From contig JAFRCK010000023.1 of assembly GCA_017404385.1 (NCBI GenBank), positions 49,917 to 113,916 on the forward strand: a stretch of 64,000 nt of DNA, written 5' to 3'. A model generated the notes under the pieces. That model saw nothing but the letters and a program-made list of their open reading frames with translations. It was not told where the DNA came from and searched no databases. Position 1 is the first letter of the stretch. Every line of letters starts with the position of its first letter. Below, piece after piece: positions 1 through 10,410 of the stretch. The DNA comes from Bacilli bacterium. GTDB lineage: Bacteria; Bacillota_I; Bacilli_A; RF39; UBA660. The position numbers and the translations under genes are program-made.

Positions 1-2
1 TA

Positions 3-1685
3 AAACATTTATATCCAAATGCTAAATTTTGGGTAGGACCAGTAATTGAAGAAGGTTTCTATTATGATATGGATTTAGGTGATAAAGTTATTACTGAAGA
101 AGATATTCCAGTTATAGAAAAGGAAATGAAAAAATTAGCTAAAGATGGTAAAAGAATAGTAAGACATGAATTATCAAGAAAAGAAGCATTAGAAATGTTT
201 AAAGATGATCCATATAAAGTAGATTTAATTAATAATATGCCAGAAGATGAAATAATATCTGCATATTCACAAGGAGATTTTACTGATTTATGTAGAGGTG
301 GACATGTTGATACATTAAAAGAATGTAAAAATTTTAAATTAGTTAAGTTTTCAGGAGCATATTATAAAGGTGATTCAAATAATAAAATGCTTCAAAGAAT
401 ATATGGTGTTTGTTTACCAACTCCAGAAGAATTAGAAGCACATTTAAAAGAATTAGAGGAAGCTAAAGAAAGAGATCATAGAAAAATAGGTAAGGATCAA
501 AACTTATTCTTTACTCATAAATTAGTAGGAGCAGGACTTCCATTATTTACTCCAAATGGAGCAACTATAAGAAGAGAACTTGAAAGATATATTCAAGATA
601 AAGAAATAAAACAAGGATATAAACATGTTTATTCACCAGTACTTGCTACTACAGAAATGTATAAGATAAGTGGTCACTGGGATCATTATAAAGATGATAT
701 GTTTCCTATTATGAAACTAGATAATGAAGAATTAGTTTTAAGACCAATGAACTGTCCTCATCATGCATTAATATATAAAAATGATTTACACTCATATAGA
801 GATTTACCTTTAAGAATAGGAGAAATCGCTAATGTATTTAGATATGAAGCAAGTGGAGCAGTATGTGGTCTTGAAAGAGTTAGAGAAATATGTCAAAATG
901 ATGCACATTTATTTGTTAGACCTGATCAAATTAAAGATGAAGTAGGGAATGTTATTAAATTAATATTTGAAACTTATATAGATGATTTTGGTTTCTCAAA
1001 AGACTGCTTTAAATTTAGATTATCTAAAAGAGATAAAGATAAGGCTAAATATATAGATAATGATGAAATGTGGGAAACAGCAGAATCTCAGTTAAAAGCA
1101 ATCATGGATGAATTAGAACTTGATTATTATGAACAAGAGGGCGAAGCAGCATTCTATGGACCAAAGATTGATATTCAAATAAAAACTGCTTTAGGACATG
1201 ATATAACAATTCCAACTTGTCAATTAGATTTCTCTTTACCAGAAAGATTTGATTTGACTTATGTAGATGAAAATGGTAATAAAGTAAGACCAGTTGTTAT
1301 TCATAGAGCGATACTTGGTTCATCTGAAAGATTTATGTCATTCTTACTTGAAGAAAAGAAAGGTATACTTCCTTTATGGCTAGCGCCAGTTCAAGTTAAT
1401 ATAGTACCAGTAAATAATGAATATCATTTAAGATACGCAAAAGAAATAGAAGAATTATTACAAAAGAATTTAATAAGAGTAGAACTAGATGATAGAGATG
1501 AAAAATTAGGTTATAGGTTAAGAAAATCTGTTATTAAAAAGATTCCTATTACTTTAATTCTAGGTGATAAAGAAAAAGATAATGAACAAGTGTCATTTAG
1601 AAGATATGGTTCAGAAGAAACAATAACTGTTTCAAAAGATGATTTTGTTACATTAATTAAAAATGAAATAAATAATAAGAAATAA
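3..1685 (+). CDS. thrS: Threonyl-tRNA synthetase (5' end lies outside the window)
   Basis: Frame is open from base 3 (KHLYPNAKFWVGPVIEEGFYYD). Motifs DLCRGGH, RPMNCPHH, GEAAFYGPKID, VIHRAILGS, plus the C-terminal anticodon-binding domain. Confidence 0.98.
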   Translation, partial: KHLYPNAKFWVGPVIEEGFYYDMDLGDKVITEEDIPVIEKEMKKLAKDGKRIVRHELSRKEALEMFKDDPYKVDLINNMPEDEIISAYSQGDFTDLCRGGHVDTLKECKNFKLVKFSGAYYKGDSNNKMLQRIYGVCLPTPEELEAHLKELEEAKERDHRKIGKDQNLFFTHKLVGAGLPLFTPNGATIRRELERYIQDKEIKQGYKHVYSPVLATTEMYKISGHWDHYKDDMFPIMKLDNEELVLRPMNCPHHALIYKNDLHSYRDLPLRIGEIANVFRYEASGAVCGLERVREICQNDAHLFVRPDQIKDEVGNVIKLIFETYIDDFGFSKDCFKFRLSKRDKDKAKYIDNDEMWETAESQLKAIMDELELDYYEQEGEAAFYGPKIDIQIKTALGHDITIPTCQLDFSLPERFDLTYVDENGNKVRPVVIHRAILGSSERFMSFLLEEKKGILPLWLAPVQVNIVPVNNEYHLRYAKEIEELLQKNLIRVELDDRDEKLGYRLRKSVIKKIPITLILGDKEKDNEQVSFRRYGSEETITVSKDDFVTLIKNEINNKK

Positions 1686-1713
1686 AAAAAGAAGCAATTA
1701 TGCTTCTTTTTTT
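1684..1713. terminator. Bidirectional intrinsic terminator between thrS and rpmB
   Basis: AAAAAAAGAAGCA-atta-TGCTTCTTTTTTT between convergent genes; it overlaps the last rpmB codons. Confidence 0.85.
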
Positions 1714-1877
1714 GCATTCTTTTTAAAAGTTCTTGCTTCTCTAGCTGTAGTTACAACAGTAACTCCATCTATAGTAGTTTTTTGATAATTTAATTTTTGA
1801 ACTTTATTTGTTCTTATATGAGAATGTGATACTTTTTTAGCAGCGTTATTTCTTTTACTAGTTATTTTATTAGCCAT
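1698..1877 (-). CDS. rpmB: 50S ribosomal protein L28, 59 aa, not in the ORF track
   Basis: Manual translation MANKITSKRNNAAKKVSHSHIRTNKVQKLNYQKTTIDGVTVVTTAREARTFKKNAKKEA. VSHS..RT.K....N is the L28 motif. AGGAGG RBS upstream. Confidence 0.9.
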   Translation of the reverse strand: MANKITSKRNNAAKKVSHSHIRTNKVQKLNYQKTTIDGVTVVTTAREARTFKKNAKKEA

Positions 1878-1998
1878 ACTTCTTCCTCCTTTAAAACACG
1901 TCTTAATAACTTTAACATATTATTTAACTTTAGTCAATCAAAAAACTAGTAAAAATAAAGAAATCTGTTGTATAATGGGTATATAAGGGAGGGATAAT

Positions 1999-4860
1999 AT
2001 GTATATACCATTATGTGTCAAAACTGATTATTCACTCCTATCGTCTTTAATAAAAATAGAAGATTTAATTGCTAAAGTAAAGGAATATGGTTTTACCGGA
2101 GTAGGAATAGTCGATGATAATTTATCTTATGTGATGGAGTTTTATAATATAGCAATTAAAAATGAAATTAAACCAATAATAGGTTTAGAAGTAGTATTAG
2201 ATAATAAAAAGATATATCTTTATGCGAAGAGTTATATTGGGTATCAGAATCTTTGTTATATTTCTAGTAATGAAAAGACTATTGATAATATTAAGAATAA
2301 TTCTATAGATTTATTATGTATTATTCCGTATGAATCTATATCTCTTTATGATGAATTAAATATACCTGATACTTTTGTAGGTTATGGTAATAAAGACGAA
2401 ATAGATGATAAATATAAGAATATATTTATAAATGAAGCAAGATGTTTTAAGGAAGAAGATAATGAATATTTAAGATATTTGACTTTAATAAAAGAGGGTA
2501 AAACTATAGATGATAAGATAGAAGATTATAAAAATAGTGTTCTTTTAGATAAAGTAGATATAAATGTTAAAGAAAAAGAATATTTTGAAGAAATATATAA
2601 TTTATGTAATGTAAAGATTGAAAAGCAAGATTTACTTCCTAAATATAGTGATGATAAAGAATTTAATGAAAATGAATACTTAGAAAAATTAAGTAAAAAG
2701 GGATTACTTAAAAGATTTAATAATAAAGTTCCAATCAAATATGCAAAAAGGTTAGAAAAAGAATTAGATATTATTAAAAACATGGGATTCTCTAATTATT
2801 TTTTAGTAGTATGGGACTATGTTAAATTTGCCAAAAAGAATGGAATACTAGTAGGACCTGGAAGAGGATCAGCTGCAGGCTCTTTGGTTAGTTATTCTCT
2901 TGGTATTACAGATATAGATCCTATTAAATATGATTTGTATTTTGAAAGGTTTTTAAACCCAGAAAGAGTAACTATGCCTGATATAGATATAGATTTTGAA
3001 TCAACAAGAAGAGATGAAGTAGTGGATTATGTTACCAGTAAATATGGTAGTAAAAGAGTATGTGAAATAATAACATATGGTACTTTAAAAGCAAAAATGG
3101 TTTTAAGAGATATTGCTAGAGTATTTAATATGGATAATAAAATAGATTCTTTTATTAAAATGTTTGATAGTAATTTATCTTTAGAAGATAATTTAAAAAA
3201 TAATAATATAAAAGAAGTAGTAAAAAAAGACACATTATTATCTAGAATATGTAAAATATCATTAAAATTAGAAGGATTAAAAAGATTAACTTCTGTTCAT
3301 GCAGCTGGTGTAGTTATCAGTAATAAAGAATTAGATAGATATATACCTATATATAAAAATGGTGAAAATTATTTATCAGGTTATACAATGAATTATATTG
3401 AATCTTTAGGATTATTAAAGATGGACTTTTTAGCATTAGATAATTTAGTTTTAGTGAGTAATTTATTAAACGAAATAGATGGATTAGATATAAAGAATAT
3501 TCCTTTAGATGATAAAAAGACACTAGATATATTTAGGAATGTAAAAACAGATGGTATATTTCAATTTGAATCTTCTGGTATGAAAAATGTTCTTAGAAAG
3601 TTTCCGTTAAAAGATTTTAGAGATTTATCTGTAATATTAGCATTGTTTAGACCAGGACCAATGGATAGCATTGATACATATATTAAAAGAATGAATGGCA
3701 AAGAGAAGATAGATTATATACATGAAGATTTAAAACCGGTATTAGAAGAGACATATGGAATAATAGTTTATCAAGAACAAATAATGAGAATAGCTAATAT
3801 TATGGCTGGTTTTAGTTTAGGAGAAGCTGATGTATTAAGAAGAGCTATGAGTAAAAAATCAGAAAAACTAATGCAGGAACAAAAAGTAAAATTTATAGAT
3901 GGTGCATTATCAAAAGGATATAAAGAAGATATAGCTAATAAAACATTTGATTATATTTATAAATTTGCTTCATATGGATTTAATAAAGCACACTCAGTTA
4001 GTTACTCACTTATATCATATCAAATGGCTTATTTAAAAGCACATTATAGTAATCATTATATGAAATATTTATTATCAATGGTTATAGGTAGAGAAGAAAA
4101 GACTAAAGAGTATATTAATGAATGTAAATTAAATAAAATAAAGATTTTAAAACCAGATATTAATATAAGTACTGATACATATTTAATAGAACATGAAGAT
4201 ATTAGATTCCCACTTACATGTATTAAAAATGTGGGACAAGTAGCGTGTAAAACTATAATAGAAGAAAGAAAAAAGAAAAAATTTGTTGATTTTCTTGATT
4301 TTATAGGAAGAACTTATAATAAAGGTATTAATAGAAAAATACTAGAACAATTAATTTATTCAGGTGCTTTTGATAGTATTAGTTCTAATAAAAAGACACT
4401 TATTAATAATTTAGATATATCTATTAATTATGCAGAATTAATTAATGATTTAGATCCTTCTTTTGTAGAAAAACCAGAATTTGTTGATTATGAAGAGTTT
4501 ACAAAAGAAGAATTAACTAATATAGAATTTAATACTTTTGGATTTTATTTATCAAATCATCCGGTTCAAAAATATAGACAAAATAATATTACTACTCAAA
4601 ATATAAAACAATATTTTAATAGAGTAATAACTATATATTTATTAGTTGATAGAAAAAATGAAATTGCTACTAAAAAGAAAGATAAAATGGTATTTATAAC
4701 AGCATCTGATGAGTTTTCTAGTATTGAGTTAGTTGTATTTCCAAAAGTATATGAAAGATTCTATAATATATCAAGAGGAGAAGTATATAAATTTATTGCT
4801 AAAGTAGAAAAAAGAGGTAGTGAATACCAATTAATTGTGAATAATATTGAAAAGTTATAG
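1999..4860 (+). CDS. dnaE: DNA polymerase III alpha subunit (DnaE)
   Basis: GPGRGSAAGSLV, FERFLNPERVTMPDIDIDF, HAAGVVI, YGFNKAHS; short N-terminal PHP-like region. Confidence 0.97.
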   Translation: MYIPLCVKTDYSLLSSLIKIEDLIAKVKEYGFTGVGIVDDNLSYVMEFYNIAIKNEIKPIIGLEVVLDNKKIYLYAKSYIGYQNLCYISSNEKTIDNIKNNSIDLLCIIPYESISLYDELNIPDTFVGYGNKDEIDDKYKNIFINEARCFKEEDNEYLRYLTLIKEGKTIDDKIEDYKNSVLLDKVDINVKEKEYFEEIYNLCNVKIEKQDLLPKYSDDKEFNENEYLEKLSKKGLLKRFNNKVPIKYAKRLEKELDIIKNMGFSNYFLVVWDYVKFAKKNGILVGPGRGSAAGSLVSYSLGITDIDPIKYDLYFERFLNPERVTMPDIDIDFESTRRDEVVDYVTSKYGSKRVCEIITYGTLKAKMVLRDIARVFNMDNKIDSFIKMFDSNLSLEDNLKNNNIKEVVKKDTLLSRICKISLKLEGLKRLTSVHAAGVVISNKELDRYIPIYKNGENYLSGYTMNYIESLGLLKMDFLALDNLVLVSNLLNEIDGLDIKNIPLDDKKTLDIFRNVKTDGIFQFESSGMKNVLRKFPLKDFRDLSVILALFRPGPMDSIDTYIKRMNGKEKIDYIHEDLKPVLEETYGIIVYQEQIMRIANIMAGFSLGEADVLRRAMSKKSEKLMQEQKVKFIDGALSKGYKEDIANKTFDYIYKFASYGFNKAHSVSYSLISYQMAYLKAHYSNHYMKYLLSMVIGREEKTKEYINECKLNKIKILKPDINISTDTYLIEHEDIRFPLTCIKNVGQVACKTIIEERKKKKFVDFLDFIGRTYNKGINRKILEQLIYSGAFDSISSNKKTLINNLDISINYAELINDLDPSFVEKPEFVDYEEFTKEELTNIEFNTFGFYLSNHPVQKYRQNNITTQNIKQYFNRVITIYLLVDRKNEIATKKKDKMVFITASDEFSSIELVVFPKVYERFYNISRGEVYKFIAKVEKRGSEYQLIVNNIEKL

Positions 4861-4898
4861 AAATATAACTTTTTTTGTTGTATAATTATACTAGGTGA

Positions 4899-6323
4899 AT
4901 GCGTGTGAATAAGACAAAGATGATTAGTACCATAGGTCCTAACTCTTCGGATTATGCTATAATCAAGAACATGATCGCATCAGGGGTTGACGTTATTAGA
5001 ATTAATATGGCATATGCAAAATTTGATTTTGCTAGAGATGTTATATTAAATGTAAGAAAAATAAATAACGAAGAAAATGTAACAACGGGTATTATGCTTG
5101 ATACAGTTGGTCCTGAACTTAGAATTTGTGGTCTAGAGAAACCAGTTATTTCATTAGAAAGAGGTAAACTAATAAGAATAGTTTCAACAGGTATTATTGG
5201 TAATTCTGATATTATTTCTGTTCCATATAAAGAAATAATTGATCATACTAAAGTAGGAGATTTTATTTATTTGAATAATGCTACTGTAAAATTACAAGTA
5301 ACTGCTAAAAATGATGATACTTTATTATGTCAAATTCATAATACTGGAAAGATTATTTCTGAATCTACAATAAATATCCCAAATGCAGATTTTAATATTA
5401 AATTTTTATCAAAATACGATGAGGAAGTTATAAAATTTGCTTTACAAATGCAGGTAGATTATCTAGCTCTATCTAATGTTAGAGAAGAATCTGATGTACT
5501 TGATGTAAATGATTTACTAATTAATTTAAATGATAATAATATACAATTATTAAGTAAAATAGAAAATAGACACGCACTAGATCAAATAGAAAAAATATTA
5601 AAAGTAAGTGATGGAATAATAATATCAAGAGGAGATTTAGCTCTAGATATGAATATTGAAAAAGTTCCTAATATACAAAAAACATTAACTAAGTTAACAA
5701 AAGAAAAAGAAAAAATAGTAATAATATCGACAGATATATTGGCATCTATGGAAAATAATGATACTCCAACAAGAGCAGAGGTATCTGATATAGCAAATGC
5801 TATTATAGATAATGTTGATGCCTTGATACTGGGCTCAGAAACAGCAATAGGCATTTATCCTGTAACAACAGTTAAAACTATGAACAAGATAATTGATGAA
5901 ATAGAAAATAATATAAATTATAACAATCTATTACATGAAATTACAAGAAACGAAAACATACAAATTTCTAAAGCAATAGCGTATTCTACGGTTGATTCTG
6001 CTAATAGAGTTGGGGCTAAAGCTATTATTTGCTCGACAATGTCTGGTTCTACTGCTAGAGATATTAGTAATTATAGACCCAGTTGCCCAGTAGTGGCAAT
6101 TTCACCAAATTCTAAAGTAGTAAGAGGCTTAACAATTAATTATGGTATTATACCTCATATTGTTGGTATGGCAGAAAATACTGATGAATTGGTTGAATTA
6201 TCTTTACAAGCTGTTAAAAAGATACTAAAACTAGAAGCAGGAGATAAAGTTGTTATAGCTGGATCATTTCCATTAGAATCTGTTAATTATACTAATTTTA
6301 TGAAAATAGAGGAGATTAAGTAA
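4899..6323 (+). CDS. Pyruvate kinase-like protein, divergent paralogue (start may be GTG 4905)
   Basis: KTKMISTIGP, SKIE, SRGDL and PTRAEVSDIANA are retained; several other signature motifs are altered (see findings). Confidence 0.85.
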   Translation: MRVNKTKMISTIGPNSSDYAIIKNMIASGVDVIRINMAYAKFDFARDVILNVRKINNEENVTTGIMLDTVGPELRICGLEKPVISLERGKLIRIVSTGIIGNSDIISVPYKEIIDHTKVGDFIYLNNATVKLQVTAKNDDTLLCQIHNTGKIISESTINIPNADFNIKFLSKYDEEVIKFALQMQVDYLALSNVREESDVLDVNDLLINLNDNNIQLLSKIENRHALDQIEKILKVSDGIIISRGDLALDMNIEKVPNIQKTLTKLTKEKEKIVIISTDILASMENNDTPTRAEVSDIANAIIDNVDALILGSETAIGIYPVTTVKTMNKIIDEIENNINYNNLLHEITRNENIQISKAIAYSTVDSANRVGAKAIICSTMSGSTARDISNYRPSCPVVAISPNSKVVRGLTINYGIIPHIVGMAENTDELVELSLQAVKKILKLEAGDKVVIAGSFPLESVNYTNFMKIEEIK

Positions 6324-6324
6324 T

Positions 6325-6852
6325 ATGAATATGGATGAAGTTATAAAGAATAATCCTAATTTCTTTGATGAATATCCAATATTTGAAATAGAGTATAATA
6401 GAGATGGAACAAGAAAAAACTTTTATACATTAGCAAGTGAAAGAGACATAAAGGAAACACAAATTAAAAGTGATGAAAATGAATTAGACTTTTTATTTAG
6501 TCAAAATAAAATATCTAAAGATGAATATGATTCAAAGAAGAAAGTACTAGAAGAAAAATTAGAAAACCAAAATTATGTATATAATGATATAATTTTTGAC
6601 ATTATATCTAATCAAGAATTAACAGAATTAAAAAAAGAAATAAAAGAAGCTAATTTGAATGATATAGATTTAAAAAGATTAGCTAGTTCATTAGCATCTA
6701 TTGCTGAAGAGAAGATAAGTGATTTTCAACAAAACAACAAGGAGTTTAGAGAACAAAATTTATCTGAATGGAATGAAAAATATAATATAATTGCAAATAG
6801 TTATGCTAAAACGAGGGAATTAGAAAGTTTTATTCTTAGTTTAATAGAATAA
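6325..6852 (+). CDS. Hypothetical protein with SHOCT-like motif
   Basis: 175-aa ORF starting right after the pyk-like stop. LDFLFSQNKISKDEYDSKKKVL resembles SHOCT. Confidence 0.6.
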   Translation: MNMDEVIKNNPNFFDEYPIFEIEYNRDGTRKNFYTLASERDIKETQIKSDENELDFLFSQNKISKDEYDSKKKVLEEKLENQNYVYNDIIFDIISNQELTELKKEIKEANLNDIDLKRLASSLASIAEEKISDFQQNNKEFREQNLSEWNEKYNIIANSYAKTRELESFILSLIE

Positions 6853-6890
6853 TTCTTTTTTTTATGCTATTATAAAAGTGGTGGTTTGTT

Positions 6891-7382
6891 ATGAAAGAAT
6901 TATTGATATTGTATGGAACAAATGTAGTGTCATCGATAATATATAATACGGGCATATATTATAAGTTACATAGAGATGCAAGAAAGAAAACAATGAGAAA
7001 ATTAAAGTATAAAGGTGATATTTCAAAAGCTACAAAAAAAGAACTTAGAACTATTAATAAAGATTTTAGAGAAATTTCATGGGATGGAATAAAGCAATCT
7101 TTTATTCCGTTAATAAATATTTTATATACAATGCAAAACATAGATGCGTATGATGATTTTAAAGAAGAATTTGAAAATGAATATGAAGAGATAGTTGAAA
7201 GAGCAAATGAAAAAGAAGAATTAGCAAGACAAATATATTTAGAAATGTTAAGACAATATAAAGATGATCTTGATATTGATGAAACTATGAAAAATAAAAT
7301 AGATGATGATAATTATAGACCAAGTAAAAAAGAATTTGTTAAAACACTAAAATATTTAAAACCTGAAGCGGAAATAAAGTAA
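6891..7382 (+). CDS. Hypothetical protein
   Basis: 163-aa ORF with its own TG-TATTAT promoter, GGTGG RBS and a downstream terminator. Confidence 0.65.
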   Translation: MKELLILYGTNVVSSIIYNTGIYYKLHRDARKKTMRKLKYKGDISKATKKELRTINKDFREISWDGIKQSFIPLINILYTMQNIDAYDDFKEEFENEYEEIVERANEKEELARQIYLEMLRQYKDDLDIDETMKNKIDDDNYRPSKKEFVKTLKYLKPEAEIK

Positions 7383-7444
7383 CTATTGTTACTTTTTTTA
7401 TTGTAAATAATAACTAATTATTATATAATTATAATGGTGATGGT

Positions 7445-8218
7445 ATGAGAAAAAGGTTAGTTAGCGCATTTATACTGTTATTAGTTTATGCACCTATAAT
7501 TGTAATAGGTGGTAATCTCTTTAAAGTGGGTATTACTTTAACAGCAATTTTATGTTATAGAGAAATCTTTAATTTAATAAAGAAGGACAATAATATTCCA
7601 ATAGCAATTGAAATATTATCCTATGTACTAACTGGCTCAATAGTATTATGTGGGGAATATATAATTCAAGCTATTGCTGCTACATTTATCTTAATGTTCA
7701 TACCATTAATATTATATAAAACTAAAGAATATAGTTATGATACAGCTAGTAAAATGACACTAAGTGTTTTAATGATAGGATTTGCATTTTATGTTTTAAA
7801 CTCGGTTAGAATGGAGTCTTTACATGTTTGTATTTATTTAATATTAATAACTATTTTTACTGATACTTTTGCTTTTTTAGGTGGTAAGTTTTTAGGTAAA
7901 CATAAACTTATTCCTAGAGTTTCACCAAATAAAACAATAGAAGGAACATTATGTGGTTTTGTAATAGGTTCATTAGTTCCAACTGTCTATTATGTGACAA
8001 TGGTTGATCAGAGTGAAGGTTTCTTTGATATTCTGGTTGTTAGTATGATTTATAGTATTTTTGCCGTTATAGGTGATTTAGTGTTTAGTGCTACCAAACG
8101 AAGATTTGATATTAAAGATTTTTCTAATACTATTCCAGGTGTAGGTGGTTTGTTAGATTTATTTGATAGTTTAATATTTACATGTATTACTTATTCAATA
8201 GTTAGTATATTATTATAG
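7445..8218 (+). CDS. cdsA: Phosphatidate cytidylyltransferase (CTP_transf_1 family)
   Basis: Polytopic membrane protein with SPNKTIEG and GDL..S..KR..IKDF; directly upstream of rseP. Confidence 0.9.
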   Translation: MRKRLVSAFILLLVYAPIIVIGGNLFKVGITLTAILCYREIFNLIKKDNNIPIAIEILSYVLTGSIVLCGEYIIQAIAATFILMFIPLILYKTKEYSYDTASKMTLSVLMIGFAFYVLNSVRMESLHVCIYLILITIFTDTFAFLGGKFLGKHKLIPRVSPNKTIEGTLCGFVIGSLVPTVYYVTMVDQSEGFFDILVVSMIYSIFAVIGDLVFSATKRRFDIKDFSNTIPGVGGLLDLFDSLIFTCITYSIVSILL

Positions 8219-8227
8219 GAGGATAAA

Positions 8228-9319
8228 ATGACATTAATTTTATTTATATTGATATTAGGTTTAATAATTTTTATACACGAACTAGGACATTTTATATTTG
8301 CCAAAAAGGCAGGTATATATGTTTATGAGTTTTCGTTAGGTTTTGGGCCAAAATTATTTTCTTTTAGAAGAAAAAATGATGAAACAGAGTATATGATTAG
8401 ACTTATACCACTTGGTGGTTATGTTGCTTTAGCGGGTGAAACATATGAGGAAGAAGAACCTGCTGAAAAAGAAGAAAAAAAAGATAAGAAAAGTAAAAAA
8501 GAAGATACTAAAGAAGAAATTGTAGTGCCAGAAGATAAGAAATTATATAACAAAAGTTTTTTAAGACAGTTTTCAGTAATGGTCGCAGGTGTATTTAATA
8601 ACTTCTTGCTTGGATTATTATTACTATTTATAATTGGTTTAGCATATGGATCATCTTTTAGTACAAATGAATTAATTGGATTAAAAGAAGGGTATCCTTT
8701 ATATGAACTTGGTGCTAGAGATGGAGATAAAATAACTAAGATTAACGGAAAGAGTATATCTGATTTTGATGATGTTTTAACTCAAATAGCTATATCAGGT
8801 GAAGGAAAAGAAATAACAGTTACTTATTCATCAAATGGCAAAGAAAACACTAGTAAATTAAAACCAACATATGATAAAAAAGAAAAAAAATACTTTTATG
8901 GAATTGCCACTAAAACAATTAATGAAACAGGTCCAATTTCTGCATTAAAATATGCATTCTATAAATTTAAGTCTATATTTAAACAATTAATTATAATTAT
9001 TATTAGTTTATTTACTGGTAAACTAGGAATAAATAGCTTATCTGGACCAGTTGGTATATATCAAGTTGTTGGAATAGCTAAATCTAGTATGGAATCATTA
9101 TTATATTTGACAGCTTATTTATCTATAAATGTTGGATTTATGAATATTCTTCCATTCCCAGCATTTGATGGTGGAAGAGCATTCCTTCTTATAATAGAAA
9201 AAATTACTAAGAAGAAAGTACCACTTAAAGTAGAAACCATTATTAATAATATAGGATTTATATTATTAATGGGATTAATGGTATATATAACAATAAAAGA
9301 TGTGTTAAATCTATTTTAA
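8228..9319 (+). CDS. rseP: RIP metalloprotease RseP (M50 family, PDZ domain)
   Basis: HELGH zinc motif, PLGGYV, NILPFPAFDGG. Confidence 0.95.
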   Translation: MTLILFILILGLIIFIHELGHFIFAKKAGIYVYEFSLGFGPKLFSFRRKNDETEYMIRLIPLGGYVALAGETYEEEEPAEKEEKKDKKSKKEDTKEEIVVPEDKKLYNKSFLRQFSVMVAGVFNNFLLGLLLLFIIGLAYGSSFSTNELIGLKEGYPLYELGARDGDKITKINGKSISDFDDVLTQIAISGEGKEITVTYSSNGKENTSKLKPTYDKKEKKYFYGIATKTINETGPISALKYAFYKFKSIFKQLIIIIISLFTGKLGINSLSGPVGIYQVVGIAKSSMESLLYLTAYLSINVGFMNILPFPAFDGGRAFLLIIEKITKKKVPLKVETIINNIGFILLMGLMVYITIKDVLNLF

Positions 9320-9357
9320 TACATCTTTTATTTTGATATAATGAGATTGGTGATATT

Positions 9358-10296
9358 ATGGATAAAATTAAAGTTATATATATGGGAACACCAGAATTTA
9401 GTGTTAAACCACTAGAAGAAATAAATAAATTATGTGATGTATTACTCGTTGTAACACAGCCAGATAAATTAGTGGGTAGAAAACAAGAAATAAAATATTC
9501 TCCAGTAAAGGAATATGCTTTAAAAAATAATATTGAGGTTTTTCAACCAGCTAAAATAAAAGACGATTATCAAAGAATAATAGATTTAAAACCAGAATTA
9601 ATTATTACATGTGCATATGGACAAATAATACCAAAAGCTATATTAGATTTACCAAAGTATAAATGCATTAATATTCATGCATCATTACTTCCTAAATATA
9701 GAGGAGGAGCACCAATTCATCATGCGATTATTAATGGAGATAAAGAAACTGGTGTTACTATTATGTATATGGATGAAAAAATGGATTCTGGTAATATTTT
9801 ATATCAAAAAAATATTCCTATTGAAGAAATTGATAATGTTGGTACAATGTTTGAAAAACTAAGCGTTTTAGGATCTGAAATGATAAAAGAATTCTTGCCT
9901 AGGTTTATTTCAGGTGATTTTAAAAGTATCAAACAAGATGAATCACTTGTTACTTATGCATATAATATATCAAAAGAAGATGAATTAATTAGTTTTAATA
10001 ATACAACTATAAATATTTTTAATAAGATTAGAGGTCTTAATCCTTTTCCAGTTGGATATACATTGTTAGAGGGAAAAAGGGTAAAACTATATAGTTCTAG
10101 AATAGGTACTTTAAATAAAGGATATATTGGTGAAATTATTAATATATATCCTGATGGTTTAGGAGTTAAAACTTGTGATGGAGAAATAATAATTACTGAA
10201 TTACAATTTGAGGGAAAAAAAAGAACTAGTGTTAAAGATTATTTAAATGGAATTCAAAACAAAAATGAACTGTTAGGGAAGAAATTTACAGAATAG
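9358..10296 (+). CDS. fmt: Methionyl-tRNA formyltransferase
   Basis: YMGTPEF, VVTQPD, NIHASLLPKYRGGAPI, MDSG. Confidence 0.97.
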   Translation: MDKIKVIYMGTPEFSVKPLEEINKLCDVLLVVTQPDKLVGRKQEIKYSPVKEYALKNNIEVFQPAKIKDDYQRIIDLKPELIITCAYGQIIPKAILDLPKYKCINIHASLLPKYRGGAPIHHAIINGDKETGVTIMYMDEKMDSGNILYQKNIPIEEIDNVGTMFEKLSVLGSEMIKEFLPRFISGDFKSIKQDESLVTYAYNISKEDELISFNNTTINIFNKIRGLNPFPVGYTLLEGKRVKLYSSRIGTLNKGYIGEIINIYPDGLGVKTCDGEIIITELQFEGKKRTSVKDYLNGIQNKNELLGKKFTE

Positions 10297-10336
10297 TGTA
10301 AACTATTCTTTTTTTTTGAATTTTTTTTCAAGTTTA

Positions 10337-10402
10337 TAGACAAATTTTATTGAATATTATATAATTAAAATAACCAGTGGAGAAAAGTGGTTGATTGTGG
10401 GG
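10337..10402 (+). promoter_or_regulatory. dcw promoter with MraZ autoregulatory boxes
   Basis: TAGACA(10337)-17 nt-TATAAT(10360), then three GTGG repeats at a 10-nt period (10377, 10387, 10397), the known MraZ operator layout. Confidence 0.85.
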
Positions 10403-10410
10403 GATGAAAA

